In this document: positions 9,108 to 19,493 of the stretch, piece by piece | Numbering within the stretch: the stretch's first letter is position 1 | Layout: every line of letters begins with the position of its first letter | Assembly (NCBI GenBank): GCA_902783895.1 | Contig: CACZST010000009.1 | Coordinates: 1-49,162, forward strand | DNA length: 49,162 nt | Direction of reading: 5' to 3' | Origin: an uncultured Erysipelotrichaceae bacterium | Lineage (GTDB): Bacteria > Bacillota_I > Bacilli_A > RF39 > UBA660 | The notes under the pieces: generated by a model | What the model was told of the DNA's origin: nothing | What the model saw: only the letters and a program-made list of their open reading frames with translations | The model's database searches: none | Position numbers and translations under genes: made by a program

Positions 9108-10094
9108 ATGTCTAAAAATGAATTATTAAAAAAATTTGGTTTCACCAAAAGCCAAATAAACACTATTACAAATAGCTACATCATCAAAACAATAAATAGC
9201 AAGTTACTTGAAACAAAACTTAATGAAAATATTTCATACTTAAATAAAGTATATAGTCCAAAAGAAGTTAATAAAATTATCACAAATAATCCCGGAATAT
9301 TAATAATGACTATAGAAAGTATGATTATTAAAAAAGATAACTTTATAAATAACGGATATAAAAATGAAGAAGTTAAAGAAATGATTAAAAAATATCCAAG
9401 ACTATTCACATTAAGCACAGAAAAAATTCAAAATATAATAATACTATTTAAAAGTTTAAACATGGAAGAAAGCCAAATAATAAATATAACAGTCAAATGT
9501 CCTCAAATATTTGGTTATAGTTTAGAAAATATAATATATAAAATTAATTATTTTAAAAATAAAGGTTTTTCTAAAAATCAAATAACAAAAATGATAAACT
9601 TATGTCCACAAATACTTAGTCTTTCTAAAAATAATTTAAACAGTTCATTTAATTATCTTAAAAGTAAAAATTATAGTGAAAATGATATAATTACTCTACT
9701 TTCTAAATGCCCAAACGTACTTACTAAAACAATAAAAAAATTAGAATCTATAAGAAATTTATTTCTAGACTTAAATTATACAGAAGGAGAAATTAATAAA
9801 TTAACTATAAAATGTCCTGCTTTATACCTATACGGTAAAGAAAATTTAAAAGAAAAAATATCAGTATTTATAGAAAATGATTTACTATATCAAATAAAAG
9901 ATAATCCTAATGTATTAAGGCAAAGTGCTCACCTAACATACTCTAGATTAAAGTTTTTTAAATCTTTAAAAAATTTTAAACTAAGCAAAAAAACACATAA
10001 ATATATATTTTTAGATAAAACAAATTTCAAAAAACATTTTAAAGTTGAAAATGAAAAAATATTAAAAAAATACCCATACAAAAAACGGAACTAA
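9108..10094 (+). CDS. mTERF-like tandem helical repeat protein
   Basis: Six ~35-aa repeats of xxIxxxIxxxPxILxxSxxxLxxxxxxFxxxGYS plus a terminal PNVLRQS...SRLKFF unit; very basic; TATAAT and AGGAG upstream. Confidence 0.75.
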   Translation: MSKNELLKKFGFTKSQINTITNSYIIKTINSKLLETKLNENISYLNKVYSPKEVNKIITNNPGILIMTIESMIIKKDNFINNGYKNEEVKEMIKKYPRLFTLSTEKIQNIIILFKSLNMEESQIINITVKCPQIFGYSLENIIYKINYFKNKGFSKNQITKMINLCPQILSLSKNNLNSSFNYLKSKNYSENDIITLLSKCPNVLTKTIKKLESIRNLFLDLNYTEGEINKLTIKCPALYLYGKENLKEKISVFIENDLLYQIKDNPNVLRQSAHLTYSRLKFFKSLKNFKLSKKTHKYIFLDKTNFKKHFKVENEKILKKYPYKKRN

Positions 10095-10108
10095 GTCCGC
10101 TTTTTTTA

Positions 10109-10492
10109 CTATTTAATTTCAATAACAGTATTTGATTTTTTAGTTTTTTCTTCAGGTAAAGTTACCTTTAAAACTCCATGTTTAAATTCAGCTTTAATTT
10201 TAGATTCATCAATATCACCTACATAAAAGCTTCTTGTTGAAGTTCCGTAAAATCTTTCATGACGAATATAATTCTTTTTACTTTTATCTTTACTATCTTC
10301 TAATGTAGCAGTTAAAGTTAAGTAACCATTATCATATTCTACTTTAACATTATCTTTATCTAAACCAGGCATATCAGCCTCAACTATATAATTTCCATCT
10401 TTCTCGTATACATCACATTTTAAGTCTGTATCTGAATTCATAAAATTATCAAACACATTATCCAAATCAAATCTTTTTGGTAACATTCTCAT
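10109..10492 (-). CDS. Hsp20/alpha-crystallin small heat shock protein
   Basis: DVYE...ADMPG...ER.YG...RSF...A.FKHGVL.VTLP. Confidence 0.93.
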   Translation of the reverse strand: MRMLPKRFDLDNVFDNFMNSDTDLKCDVYEKDGNYIVEADMPGLDKDNVKVEYDNGYLTLTATLEDSKDKSKKNYIRHERFYGTSTRSFYVGDIDESKIKAEFKHGVLKVTLPEEKTKKSNTVIEIK

Positions 10493-10582
10493 ATTTAATT
10501 CCTTCTTTCTACAGCTTAATCATAACACTAACATCAGTAATAATCAATGAATATCACAAAGGTTTCATAATAAAAAGCGAGA

Positions 10583-12223
10583 TTATTTAATAACCTCATT
10601 TATTCTATTTATAACCCTATCTTTTCCAAATAATCTCATAATTTCATATAAATCTGGAGTATTACATTTACTTGTTAAACTAACTCTAATAACCGTACTA
10701 AAATCAGCTATACTTCCTTTATATTTATCTGGATTTACCTTATATTCTTTCATATCACCAGCATAATTTAAACTAACGGCTGCCTCTTTCATATGATCAA
10801 ACCAACTATTTTTATCATCATCAGGATTATAATATTTTAAATATGTATTAAGAACTTCTTTTATATCATCCTTAGAATTAATTTTTTGCCATTCATAATT
10901 TACTGGTTTATAAAGTTCATCGTACATATACCATACTTGACTTTTAATCTCACTAAAATTTGCAATATCTTTTCTAGGCTTCTTTTGCTCTCTTTCAATA
11001 TTAAATATACTTACCGAATAATCCTTATACTTTTCTAAAAGTAAGGCAAAATCTTTATCATATTCTAAAGCATGATTTAGTGCCATATCATAAACTTCAA
11101 TAGCCTTTAACTTACTTATATAGTTTTTAGATATACTAATAAGTTTTTCATGATCAAATAAAGTCCCACCAATTGGCATCTTTTTAAAATCTAACTTAAA
11201 CTCATCAGGATTAGCATCCTTATTTTGAAGCATCCACATTTCAAAATTACTATTGGCAATCGTTTCTAAAAATAACATAAGCGCTCCATAAGGAATTCCC
11301 TTCTCATGATAATAACTAATTGCTGCTTCAGGATCTTTTCTCTTACTAAGTTTTCTCTTTTTACCGTCCTCTTCAATACAAATTGGAGATATATGGGCAT
11401 ACTTAGGAGTCTCAAAACCAAGCATTTCAAAAAGTTGAACATGAACTGGTATACTAGAAAGCCACTCATCACCTCTAATAACATGAGTAGTTCCCATTAA
11501 ATGATCATCAACCGCATGCGCTAAATGATATGTTGGAAGATCATCAGATTTCAAAATAACAATATCTTGATCATTTTCTGGAAATTCCATTTTACCTTTT
11601 ATCTCATCTTTAAATTTAAAGTGATGATTAAAATTACCCTTAGATTTTAACCTAATAATATACTTTTCACCATTATTAATTTTACTGATTACCTCATCCA
11701 TAGAAAGTCTTCTACATCTAGCCCAAATACCATAATAACCTAATCTTTCCTTATTTAAAGCTTGTCTGTCATGATCATGTTTTAACTCTTCCTCAGTGCA
11801 GAAACATGGATAAGCCTTATCTTCTATAATTAATTTCTTAATAAAAGCTTTATAAATATCTCCTCTTTTACTTTGCATATAAGGTCCATAATTTCCTTTA
11901 TCACCATCTAAAGTAACACCTTCATCAAAATTAATATTAAATTTAGCTAAATCTTCTATTATTCTTTCTACACCATTTTCAATTGTTCTTTTTTGATCAG
12001 TATCCTCTATTCTAAGAAAACATACACCATTAGTTTGCTTGCTCATCTTTCTAGAAATAAAAGATGTATATAATGCTCCTAAATGAACATATCCAGTTGG
12101 ACTAGGTGCATACCTAGAAACTATAGCTCCTTCTGGTAAATCCCTTTTTGGATACTTATCTTCATAATATTTATAATCGTGTTCATTTTTTACTAGTAAA
12201 TCTGCATATTCTTCTCTTGTCAT
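10583..12223 (-). CDS. gltX: glutamate--tRNA ligase
   Basis: RYAPSPTGYVHLG, RIEDTD, THVIRGDEW, KLSKR. Confidence 0.95.
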   Translation of the reverse strand: MTREEYADLLVKNEHDYKYYEDKYPKRDLPEGAIVSRYAPSPTGYVHLGALYTSFISRKMSKQTNGVCFLRIEDTDQKRTIENGVERIIEDLAKFNINFDEGVTLDGDKGNYGPYMQSKRGDIYKAFIKKLIIEDKAYPCFCTEEELKHDHDRQALNKERLGYYGIWARCRRLSMDEVISKINNGEKYIIRLKSKGNFNHHFKFKDEIKGKMEFPENDQDIVILKSDDLPTYHLAHAVDDHLMGTTHVIRGDEWLSSIPVHVQLFEMLGFETPKYAHISPICIEEDGKKRKLSKRKDPEAAISYYHEKGIPYGALMLFLETIANSNFEMWMLQNKDANPDEFKLDFKKMPIGGTLFDHEKLISISKNYISKLKAIEVYDMALNHALEYDKDFALLLEKYKDYSVSIFNIEREQKKPRKDIANFSEIKSQVWYMYDELYKPVNYEWQKINSKDDIKEVLNTYLKYYNPDDDKNSWFDHMKEAAVSLNYAGDMKEYKVNPDKYKGSIADFSTVIRVSLTSKCNTPDLYEIMRLFGKDRVINRINEVIK

Positions 12224-12307
12224 GAATATCCCTCTTTCCTTTAATATTATCTAATATTTAAATACAAAAATCAATAAAGATAAGAAAAAAACAAAGAAAA
12301 CTTTGTT

Positions 12308-14365
12308 TTATTCATTATTATTGGTAGTAGAGTCACCATCGCCACCACCGTTTGGTTGGCTACCATTATCATTATGGTCATTATCGCCTTCAGAACCACC
12401 AGCTCCACTTCCACTAGGTTGACCACCACCTTGGCTTCCGCTACCACTAGTATTAGAATTTGAATTACCAGATGAAGGTGTCTTATTTGAAGACGAATTA
12501 CCATTTACTTTATTAGAATTTGTATCAGTCTTCTTATTACTTGCAGCCGCACCTCCAGTTGTAAGAACTATTGATTTAGCATCTTCAACATTAGCACCAG
12601 CCGGAACACTCTGTTTAACAACTGTTCCTTCACCACCAGATACTGAAACTGAAATACCATATTGTGATGCCACAGATCTAGCATAACTTGTAGATTTACC
12701 TACAAAATTAGGAACCTGAACCAAACTCTTTTTACCAGTTACATTTTGACCAATTACCTCTTCTTCATAAGGTTTATTAATATCAAAACTAAATGATTTT
12801 TCTACTTTAACTTTCTTTTTACCTAAATTCTCTTTCATGGCATCAGAAACTGCTTTAACACTATTATCATATAAAACATAATTATAAAGTGATAAATTAG
12901 TTCCACCATAGTCAACAATTCTTGCATCATAACCATTTAAATGAAGTCTTTGCATTCCTAAAGCATCTGTAATACTTCCGCCACCTGCTTTATTCATCGC
13001 ATCTTTAAATACATTATAAAGTGATAGAATTTGATCAGTACTCATATTAGTTGTCATATTATTACTAATAGTATCTAAAAGTTTATTAACTGTATCCAAA
13101 CTATTAATATTCTTTACCTTTTCAAGTAATGCTGTAACAATTTCTTGTTGATGTTCACCTCTTACAAAATCACTACTTGTATAATTGGTATATTTTTTAG
13201 GACACATACCAGGATTAGCATGTCTATTACGAGCATAAGCCAAAGCTTGCTCTCCATTTAAAGTTTGCTTACCTTCTTCAATATAAACAGTATTGTTACC
13301 CCACCTTCTATTACTATCTTGTTCACATAATGCATAAGGAACATCAATATCAACACCACCTAAATTATCAACAAGGGAAACAACACCCTTAAAGTTTATT
13401 TTCACATAATAATCAATGTCAACATCTAGGAAATTAGAAATTGTATCCATCATACAATTTTCACCTTTCCAAGCCGCATGAGTAATTTTATTTTTTCTAT
13501 TACCTGAAAAACATGCAATAGGAACATACGAATCACGAGGAATACTTAAAATTGTTGTACTTAAAGTTTTAGGATTAAATGTAAGAAGCATTAATGAATC
13601 ACCATTAAATGAACTATTTTTTATTCCCTCAGCTTCACTATCAACACCCATTAATAAAATTGTAAATGGTTCTGTTATCTTCTTTGAAGTATTAGAACTA
13701 CTCTTTTCCTTAACCTTCTTAGTTTGTGTAAATAATATTTTAGTTTTATCTTTAATATCTTCATAACCTTCCATACTACCAAACATTACAGAATAATTTG
13801 TTGGAAGGAAAACATAATCGATTTTACCATCATATAAATCATCAATCATTGAAATATAACTATCATATTTTTCTGTTTCATTTTTTAATTTTTTTTCTTT
13901 AATTACTTCATTTGGAATAGTATAACCTTCAATACTAGTCTTATCATCTAGAATACCTATTTTAGAAGATCCAATATCATCAATATCTGAAGATTTATTA
14001 TCCTTAAGAGTAACTAAACTTGAAGAATATGTTTTATATCCATCAGTATCACTAATCGCAGTTATTGTTCCATATATTTTATTAACATATGTTGCAACAA
14101 AGAAACTAGCTCCACCAATCAAAAGCATTAAAATAATGATAACAATATTTTTTGCTTTCTTATTTTTATTTAAATATCTCTTTCCTAAAATAAATAAAAG
14201 TAAACAAATTAAAACTAAAACAATACTTAAAACAAGTCTCCAAAAATTTTCAATATTATTTAAAAGTGATACAGTGTATACCAAATACCCTGCCCCACAA
14301 ATCATCAAAATTTCACTAATTAAAGTTACAAAAGATAAAATTTTATTTCTCTTTGACTTCTTCAT
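12308..14365 (-). CDS. LCP (LytR-CpsA-Psr) family protein with 3 N-terminal TMs, PASTA domain and Gly/Ser/Asn tail
   Basis: LLMGVD, DSLML, SIPRD, GEQALAYARNR, R..HQQ; VPNFVGKS...VVKQS PASTA. Confidence 0.92.
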   Translation of the reverse strand: MKKSKRNKILSFVTLISEILMICGAGYLVYTVSLLNNIENFWRLVLSIVLVLICLLLFILGKRYLNKNKKAKNIVIIILMLLIGGASFFVATYVNKIYGTITAISDTDGYKTYSSSLVTLKDNKSSDIDDIGSSKIGILDDKTSIEGYTIPNEVIKEKKLKNETEKYDSYISMIDDLYDGKIDYVFLPTNYSVMFGSMEGYEDIKDKTKILFTQTKKVKEKSSSNTSKKITEPFTILLMGVDSEAEGIKNSSFNGDSLMLLTFNPKTLSTTILSIPRDSYVPIACFSGNRKNKITHAAWKGENCMMDTISNFLDVDIDYYVKINFKGVVSLVDNLGGVDIDVPYALCEQDSNRRWGNNTVYIEEGKQTLNGEQALAYARNRHANPGMCPKKYTNYTSSDFVRGEHQQEIVTALLEKVKNINSLDTVNKLLDTISNNMTTNMSTDQILSLYNVFKDAMNKAGGGSITDALGMQRLHLNGYDARIVDYGGTNLSLYNYVLYDNSVKAVSDAMKENLGKKKVKVEKSFSFDINKPYEEEVIGQNVTGKKSLVQVPNFVGKSTSYARSVASQYGISVSVSGGEGTVVKQSVPAGANVEDAKSIVLTTGGAAASNKKTDTNSNKVNGNSSSNKTPSSGNSNSNTSGSGSQGGGQPSGSGAGGSEGDNDHNDNGSQPNGGGDGDSTTNNNE

Positions 14366-14390
14366 AATACGGCCTCCATACCTTCTATAA

Positions 14391-14419
14391 GTATACCGAA
14401 TATTTCAAATAAGGGCAAG
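14391..14419 (-). promoter_or_regulatory. sigmaA-type promoter for the LCP gene
   Basis: TTGCCC-17 bp-TATACT. Confidence 0.55.
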
Positions 14420-14483
14420 GTGTATCACTAAAAAATATATTAAAAAGGTAATTTCTTACCTTATATTTACAATATCAAATTCT

Positions 14484-15140
14484 TTACTTTTTAAGCAACA
14501 TCTTAACAATTTTATAAGAATCCGAAATATCTTTATAATGTGAAATTTCATCTGAATATATAGTCTTAATTGAAACCTCAGAGATAGGTATATCTTTAAG
14601 TACTAAAGTTTTTAAAACATTCATTTCATATTCAAAACCATCGCCTGAAATATTAGTTAGTTCTTTTAAAAGCTTTTTGGGAAAACATCTAAGCCCAGTT
14701 TGCGTATCACTAATATTAACTTTACACTTCAAATTAAAAAGATAGTTAATAAACTTATTCGAAAGTCTTCTTTTTAAAGGAACCTTCTTATCAAATGTCC
14801 TGCATCCTAATACAACATTATTATCTTCTAAAAATTTATCCACAACCTTTTTAATATCAGAAATATCTTGCTGAAGATCATCATCAATCGTAATAACCCC
14901 TAAAATATCTAAAGAAGAAAGATAATCAAATCCTGTCTTTAAAGCTCTACCCTTACCTTGATTTTTATCATGCTTAATTATCTTATAATCCTTTAAATTC
15001 TTAAAAATAGCCTTATCCTCACTACCATCATCCACAATCAAAACATTATTAAAACCTGCATCCTTTAAATTATCCAAAACCTTATAAAATTTAAGTGATG
15101 GATCATAAGTTGGAACTAAAACATAAATCTTATCATACAT
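14484..15140 (-). CDS. glycosyltransferase family 2 (DPM-synthase-like)
   Basis: VDDGS, N.GKG.ALKTG, DDDLQ, DTQTGLR, FEYEMN. Confidence 0.9.
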   Translation of the reverse strand: MYDKIYVLVPTYDPSLKFYKVLDNLKDAGFNNVLIVDDGSEDKAIFKNLKDYKIIKHDKNQGKGRALKTGFDYLSSLDILGVITIDDDLQQDISDIKKVVDKFLEDNNVVLGCRTFDKKVPLKRRLSNKFINYLFNLKCKVNISDTQTGLRCFPKKLLKELTNISGDGFEYEMNVLKTLVLKDIPISEVSIKTIYSDEISHYKDISDSYKIVKMLLKK

Positions 15141-15233
15141 AAATGTCCTCTTTTCTAATACATCTATTACTTAAATAATAGCATATATTAGAAAAAATAA
15201 AAAGAAAACTATTAAACTTTATACAGTAAAAGA

Positions 15234-15552
15234 TTAAATAATTTTCTTATTTTCCCATATTAATGTTTTTTTAGCTTTTTCTAAATATTCAGTTAAAGAT
15301 AAATATCGATTTTTATATACAAAACTTTGTGGAGGCATAAATTTATACTTCTCCTTTAACTCCTTAAGTGAAATAGGATATTCAAGTTTATATACCCTAC
15401 TTATTAAGTTTGCATTCAGGCTTAGTAGCATAAACATATAACTTCTTAAAATCTTGCTTTGGAATATAATTTCTAAACTCATGATTTTTAAAACCTTCTT
15501 CAATTTTTAAAGCAGCTTTATAATTAATACTAACATAAATTCCATTTTCCAT
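15234..15552 (-). pseudogene. ASCH-domain pseudogene (internal deletion/frameshift)
   Basis: ATG 15552 reads MENGIYVSINYKAALKIEEGFKNHEFRNYIPKQDFKKLYVYATKPECKLNK* ; ASCH C-terminus (YPISLKELKEKYKFMPPQSFVY) lies in another frame. Confidence 0.7.
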
Positions 15553-15656
15553 ATTTACCTCAATTCATCAAAATATTTTTAATTAATTTTCTTAAAAATA
15601 ATTTATAAAAATAAATAATAAAAAAGCCCTTTAAAAAGGCTTCTTAATTACATAAT

Positions 15657-15730
15657 TGGAGGGCCCGACCGGATTTGAACCAGCGCTCAGGGAGTTGCAG
15701 TCCCATGCCTTACCACTTGGCTACGGACCC
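15657..15730 (-). tRNA. tRNA-Cys(GCA)
   Basis: GGGTCCGTAGCCAAGTGGTAAGGC...GACT-GCA-ACTC...GGTTCAAATCCGGTCGGGCCCTCCA. Confidence 0.96.
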
Positions 15731-15745
15731 ATCAAGTGCATTTTC

Positions 15746-15774
15746 ATTTTATTATATTTTATGCACTTTGTCAA
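15746..15774 (-). promoter_or_regulatory. sigmaA promoter for tRNA-Cys
   Basis: TTGACA-17 bp-TAAAAT. Confidence 0.7.
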
Positions 15775-15785
15775 TTATTTAATTA

Positions 15786-18158
15786 TTATTTTCTTAAATC
15801 TATATGTAATTTGTTTTTACACTCATCAACAATCTTATCAACTATACCATTAACTTCATCATCACTAAGGGTTCTATCATTACTCATAAATGTTAATGAA
15901 TATGCGATAGATTTTTCATTATCTTGAATACCTTCACCTTCATATAAATCAAATACTTCAATAGATGTAAGTAATCTTCCACCTACTTTTTTAATAACTT
16001 CTTCAATTTCTAAAGATGATAATTTTTTATCACAAACAAACGCTAAATCTTTTGTAATACTTGGATATTTAGAAAGTTCTTTAAACTTAATATTTTTAAC
16101 TTTTTCATCTAAAATCATATCAACATCAAGCTCAAATACATATACAGGTTTTTTGGATATATTAGGATGAACTTCACCAAAGAAACCAACAACATCTCTA
16201 CCTATTAATATTTCAGCACATCTCCCAGGATGCATATCTTTAAGTTTAGCTTTTCTATAAGAAATTCTTCTGCCAAAACCTAAGAATCCAAGTAAATTAT
16301 TAATTATTCCTTTTACAGTATAAAAATCAACATTTACCTTAATTCCTTGCCATAAATTACTTAGATATTCACCATACATTAAACCAGCAACCCTAGTTTT
16401 TTCAGTAAAATTATCTTCTTTAAAATATACCTCACCAGTTTCAAATATATTAATATTCTTAACATTATGAGCTAAATTATATTCAAATACTTCAAGAAGT
16501 GATGGAAGTAAAGTTGTTCTTAAAACTTTTCTATCTTCACTCATTGGATTTAATAAATAAACTTTATTATTATCATTATTAAATAATTCACTTTGCCTGT
16601 CAGATATCAATGAATAAGTAATAACTTGATTTAAACCAAGAGCAGTTAATTCATTTCTTAAAATTTTAACCATTTCTTGTTTTTTACCACGAGAGCCACG
16701 CTTTATTTTAGCTGAAGGTAATGTAGCAACTATTTTATCATAACCATAAATTCTTCCAACTTCTTCAATAATATCCTCTCTAATATTAACATCTAGTCTT
16801 CTAGTTGGAACTAAAACAGTAAACAAACCATCATTATAACTTACCTTAAACTTCAATCTCTCAAGTGTATCAATAACATCAGAAACACTTAAATTCATTC
16901 CTAAAACACTATTTATTTTATCTAAAGTTACTTTTATTTCCTTATCTTCTTTGCTTGTTGTATCAAAAGTTAAAACATCACTTAAAACACTTCCGCCTGC
17001 ATATTTATTAAGCAAATAAGCCGCTCTTTTTAATGATTCAAATATTCTATTAGGATCAATTCCTTTTTCAAATCTACTAGAAGCTTCACTTCTTAAAATT
17101 TTCTTTGATGTAATTCTTACACTAGCCGCATCAAATATTGCACATTCCACAAATATATTTTTAGTATCCTTAGTAACTTCAGTATCTAAGCCACCCATAA
17201 CACCCGCTAAAGCGACAGGACCTAAATCATTAGCAATAACAATATCAGTTTCTTCTAAAGTTCTCTTTTCACCATCTAAAGTAACTATCTCTTCACCATC
17301 TAAAGCTTGTCTTACAATAACTTTATTTCCAAGCTTATCAGCATCAAAGAAATGAAGTGGAGTTCCATATTCAAGCATAACATAATTACTAATATCTACC
17401 ACATTATTAATTGGTCTAATTCCACTAGCAATTAATCTATTTCTAATAAACTCTGGACTTTCTTTAATACTAACATTTTTAATTAATTTACCTAAATAGG
17501 CAAAACATTTATCAGTTTGAATATCAAGAATATAATTATCATTAATACTTTCAGTAATTTCATTTACCTCATTTGAAGGATATTTAACTTCCTTATCATA
17601 TGCAGCCCCTACTTCATATGCGATACCAAGCATACTAAGCATATCAGCTCTATTACTTGTAAAATCAAAATCTATAACCTCATCATCTAAACCTAAATAC
17701 TTTAAAGGATCACCTCCAACAGGTGCATCAGATGGAAGTTCATAAATACCCTCGATATCTTCTTTTCTTAAAAATTTATGAGCAATACCAAGTTCAGATA
17801 AAGCGCAGCACATACCATTTGATTCATACCCAGCAAGTTTTGCTTTTTTAATTACACCACCAGGTAAATTAGCACCTACCTTAGCAACAATAACCTTTAA
17901 ACCTTGACGCATATTAGGCGCACCACAAACTATTTGTACCTTCTCATCACCTAAATCAACTTCACAAATATGTAACTTATCAGATTCAGGATGCATTTCA
18001 CATTTTAAAACCTCACCGATTACTAAACCAGTAGCTGGAATTAACTTATCTACACTATCATATTCATTACCAACTGATACTAACTTATCAGCAAGTTCTC
18101 TCGTAGAAATACCATCAATATCAACATAATCATTTAAAAACTTTCTACTTACCTTCAC
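15786..18158 (-). CDS. pheT: phenylalanine--tRNA ligase beta subunit
   Basis: IVCGAPN, ESNGMCC, NR.D.LS, GIRPINNVVDISNY, FDX-ACB C-terminus. Confidence 0.97.
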   Translation of the reverse strand: MKVSRKFLNDYVDIDGISTRELADKLVSVGNEYDSVDKLIPATGLVIGEVLKCEMHPESDKLHICEVDLGDEKVQIVCGAPNMRQGLKVIVAKVGANLPGGVIKKAKLAGYESNGMCCALSELGIAHKFLRKEDIEGIYELPSDAPVGGDPLKYLGLDDEVIDFDFTSNRADMLSMLGIAYEVGAAYDKEVKYPSNEVNEITESINDNYILDIQTDKCFAYLGKLIKNVSIKESPEFIRNRLIASGIRPINNVVDISNYVMLEYGTPLHFFDADKLGNKVIVRQALDGEEIVTLDGEKRTLEETDIVIANDLGPVALAGVMGGLDTEVTKDTKNIFVECAIFDAASVRITSKKILRSEASSRFEKGIDPNRIFESLKRAAYLLNKYAGGSVLSDVLTFDTTSKEDKEIKVTLDKINSVLGMNLSVSDVIDTLERLKFKVSYNDGLFTVLVPTRRLDVNIREDIIEEVGRIYGYDKIVATLPSAKIKRGSRGKKQEMVKILRNELTALGLNQVITYSLISDRQSELFNNDNNKVYLLNPMSEDRKVLRTTLLPSLLEVFEYNLAHNVKNINIFETGEVYFKEDNFTEKTRVAGLMYGEYLSNLWQGIKVNVDFYTVKGIINNLLGFLGFGRRISYRKAKLKDMHPGRCAEILIGRDVVGFFGEVHPNISKKPVYVFELDVDMILDEKVKNIKFKELSKYPSITKDLAFVCDKKLSSLEIEEVIKKVGGRLLTSIEVFDLYEGEGIQDNEKSIAYSLTFMSNDRTLSDDEVNGIVDKIVDECKNKLHIDLRK

Positions 18159-19207
18159 TTTAAAACCTCACCTTCTACACGATTAAATTCCTCTAAAAAT
18201 CTAAGATCATTTGTATAGAAACTTCTAATATCACTAATACCATATTTAAGCATAGCAATTCTCTCAGCTCCTACACCAAAAGCAAAACCAGTATATTTAT
18301 CAGGATCATACCCGCATCCTCTTAAAACATTAGGATGAACCATACCAGCGCCTAAAATTTCAACCCATCCAGTATTCTTACAAATATTGCATCCTTTTCC
18401 ATTACATTTACTACAAGAAACATCAATTTCTAAACTAGGCTCAGTAAATGGGAAATAATTAGGTCTAAGTCTTATTTCTCTATCATCACCAAACATCCTC
18501 TTAACAAAAACTTCAAGTACTCCTTTTAAATTAGCAAGTGATATATCATATCCAACCATTAACCCTTCAATTTGAGTAAATTGATGAGAATGAGTTGCAT
18601 CATCATCATCTCTTCTATAAGTTTTACCAGGACAAATAACTCTTATTTCAGTTTTTTCTTCATTCGCATCCATTGTTCTAGCTTGAACTGGACTAGTTTG
18701 TGTTCTCATTAACCTTTCACTAGTTATATAAAAACTATCTTGATTATCCCTAGCCGGATGATTTTTTGGTAAATTTAATTTTTCAAAGTTATATAACTCT
18801 TCCTCAATCTCTGGACCTGATGCCACATCAAACCCCATTGAAATAAATAACTCCTCTACCTCATCAATAACCTTTGTTAAAGGATGAAAGCCACCTTTAT
18901 TTACCTTTAATCCAGGTAATGTAATATCTAAAGTTTCCTTTTCTAATTTTTCATTTAATTCCTTTTCTTTAGCCTTTAAAATAGCTTCTTCTAAAGCATC
19001 ATTAATTGAAACTTTAGCATCATTAAGTGCCTTACCAAACTCTTTCTTTTCCTCATTTGAAAGTGTAGACATATTTTTAGTAAATAAACTTACCTTACCT
19101 TTTTTACCTAAATATTCTAATCGAAGTTCGCTTAAATCTTTTAAAGATGAAGCCTTATCTATTTTTGAAATTGCCTCTTCTTTTATTTTTAAAAGTTCAT
19201 CATTCAT
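18155..19207 (-). CDS. pheS: phenylalanine--tRNA ligase alpha subunit
   Basis: HPARDNQD, RTQTSPVQ, FPFTEPS, GAGMVHP, GFAFG.G.ER; true start is ATG 19207 after AAGGAGG. Confidence 0.97.
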   Translation of the reverse strand: MNDELLKIKEEAISKIDKASSLKDLSELRLEYLGKKGKVSLFTKNMSTLSNEEKKEFGKALNDAKVSINDALEEAILKAKEKELNEKLEKETLDITLPGLKVNKGGFHPLTKVIDEVEELFISMGFDVASGPEIEEELYNFEKLNLPKNHPARDNQDSFYITSERLMRTQTSPVQARTMDANEEKTEIRVICPGKTYRRDDDDATHSHQFTQIEGLMVGYDISLANLKGVLEVFVKRMFGDDREIRLRPNYFPFTEPSLEIDVSCSKCNGKGCNICKNTGWVEILGAGMVHPNVLRGCGYDPDKYTGFAFGVGAERIAMLKYGISDIRSFYTNDLRFLEEFNRVEGEVLK

Positions 19208-19222
19208 AAAAATCCTCCTTAA

Positions 19223-19432
19223 CAAAAAAACACATCCTGTATAAGGACGTGTTTTACGTGGTACCACCTTAATTTATAAGTTTAAAACTTAATCTCAAAT
19301 AACTATAACGCGCATACCGACATATCTTTTCAATATATAGCTCCAAAGGCGAATTCATAAAACATTATTACTGATTTTCACCAGCCATCAGCTCTCTTAA
19401 AATAATAATTTTATTACTACTCCTTCATCAAA
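19223..19432 (-). promoter_or_regulatory. Phe T-box riboswitch
   Basis: AGTA, AGAGAG, GGTGAAA motifs; specifier GAA-TTC-G (Phe); AAGGTGGTACCACG; terminator ACACGTCC...GGATGTGT-TTTTTT. Confidence 0.95.
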
Positions 19433-19493
19433 GCTTTTCCAAACTTCAAAAGTATTATAACATATATTTAAAATAAATCAAAACATTTTTACA

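Noticed and set aside
10493-10560. Possible CIRCE operator before hsp20
   Set aside because: Only a partial half-site (TAACACTA); the region is explained by a TTGATT-17-TATGAT promoter.
12308-12560. GC-richer stretch at the end of the LCP gene as a foreign insert or DGR region
   Set aside because: Explained by Gly/Ser-rich low-complexity coding, mostly with T/A-ending codons.
15656-15853. ORF MEGPTGFEPALRELQSHALPLGY
   Set aside because: It is the antisense translation of tRNA-Cys.
19208-19267. N-terminal extension of PheS in the ORF track
   Set aside because: It lies in the T-box terminator; the RBS supports ATG 19207.
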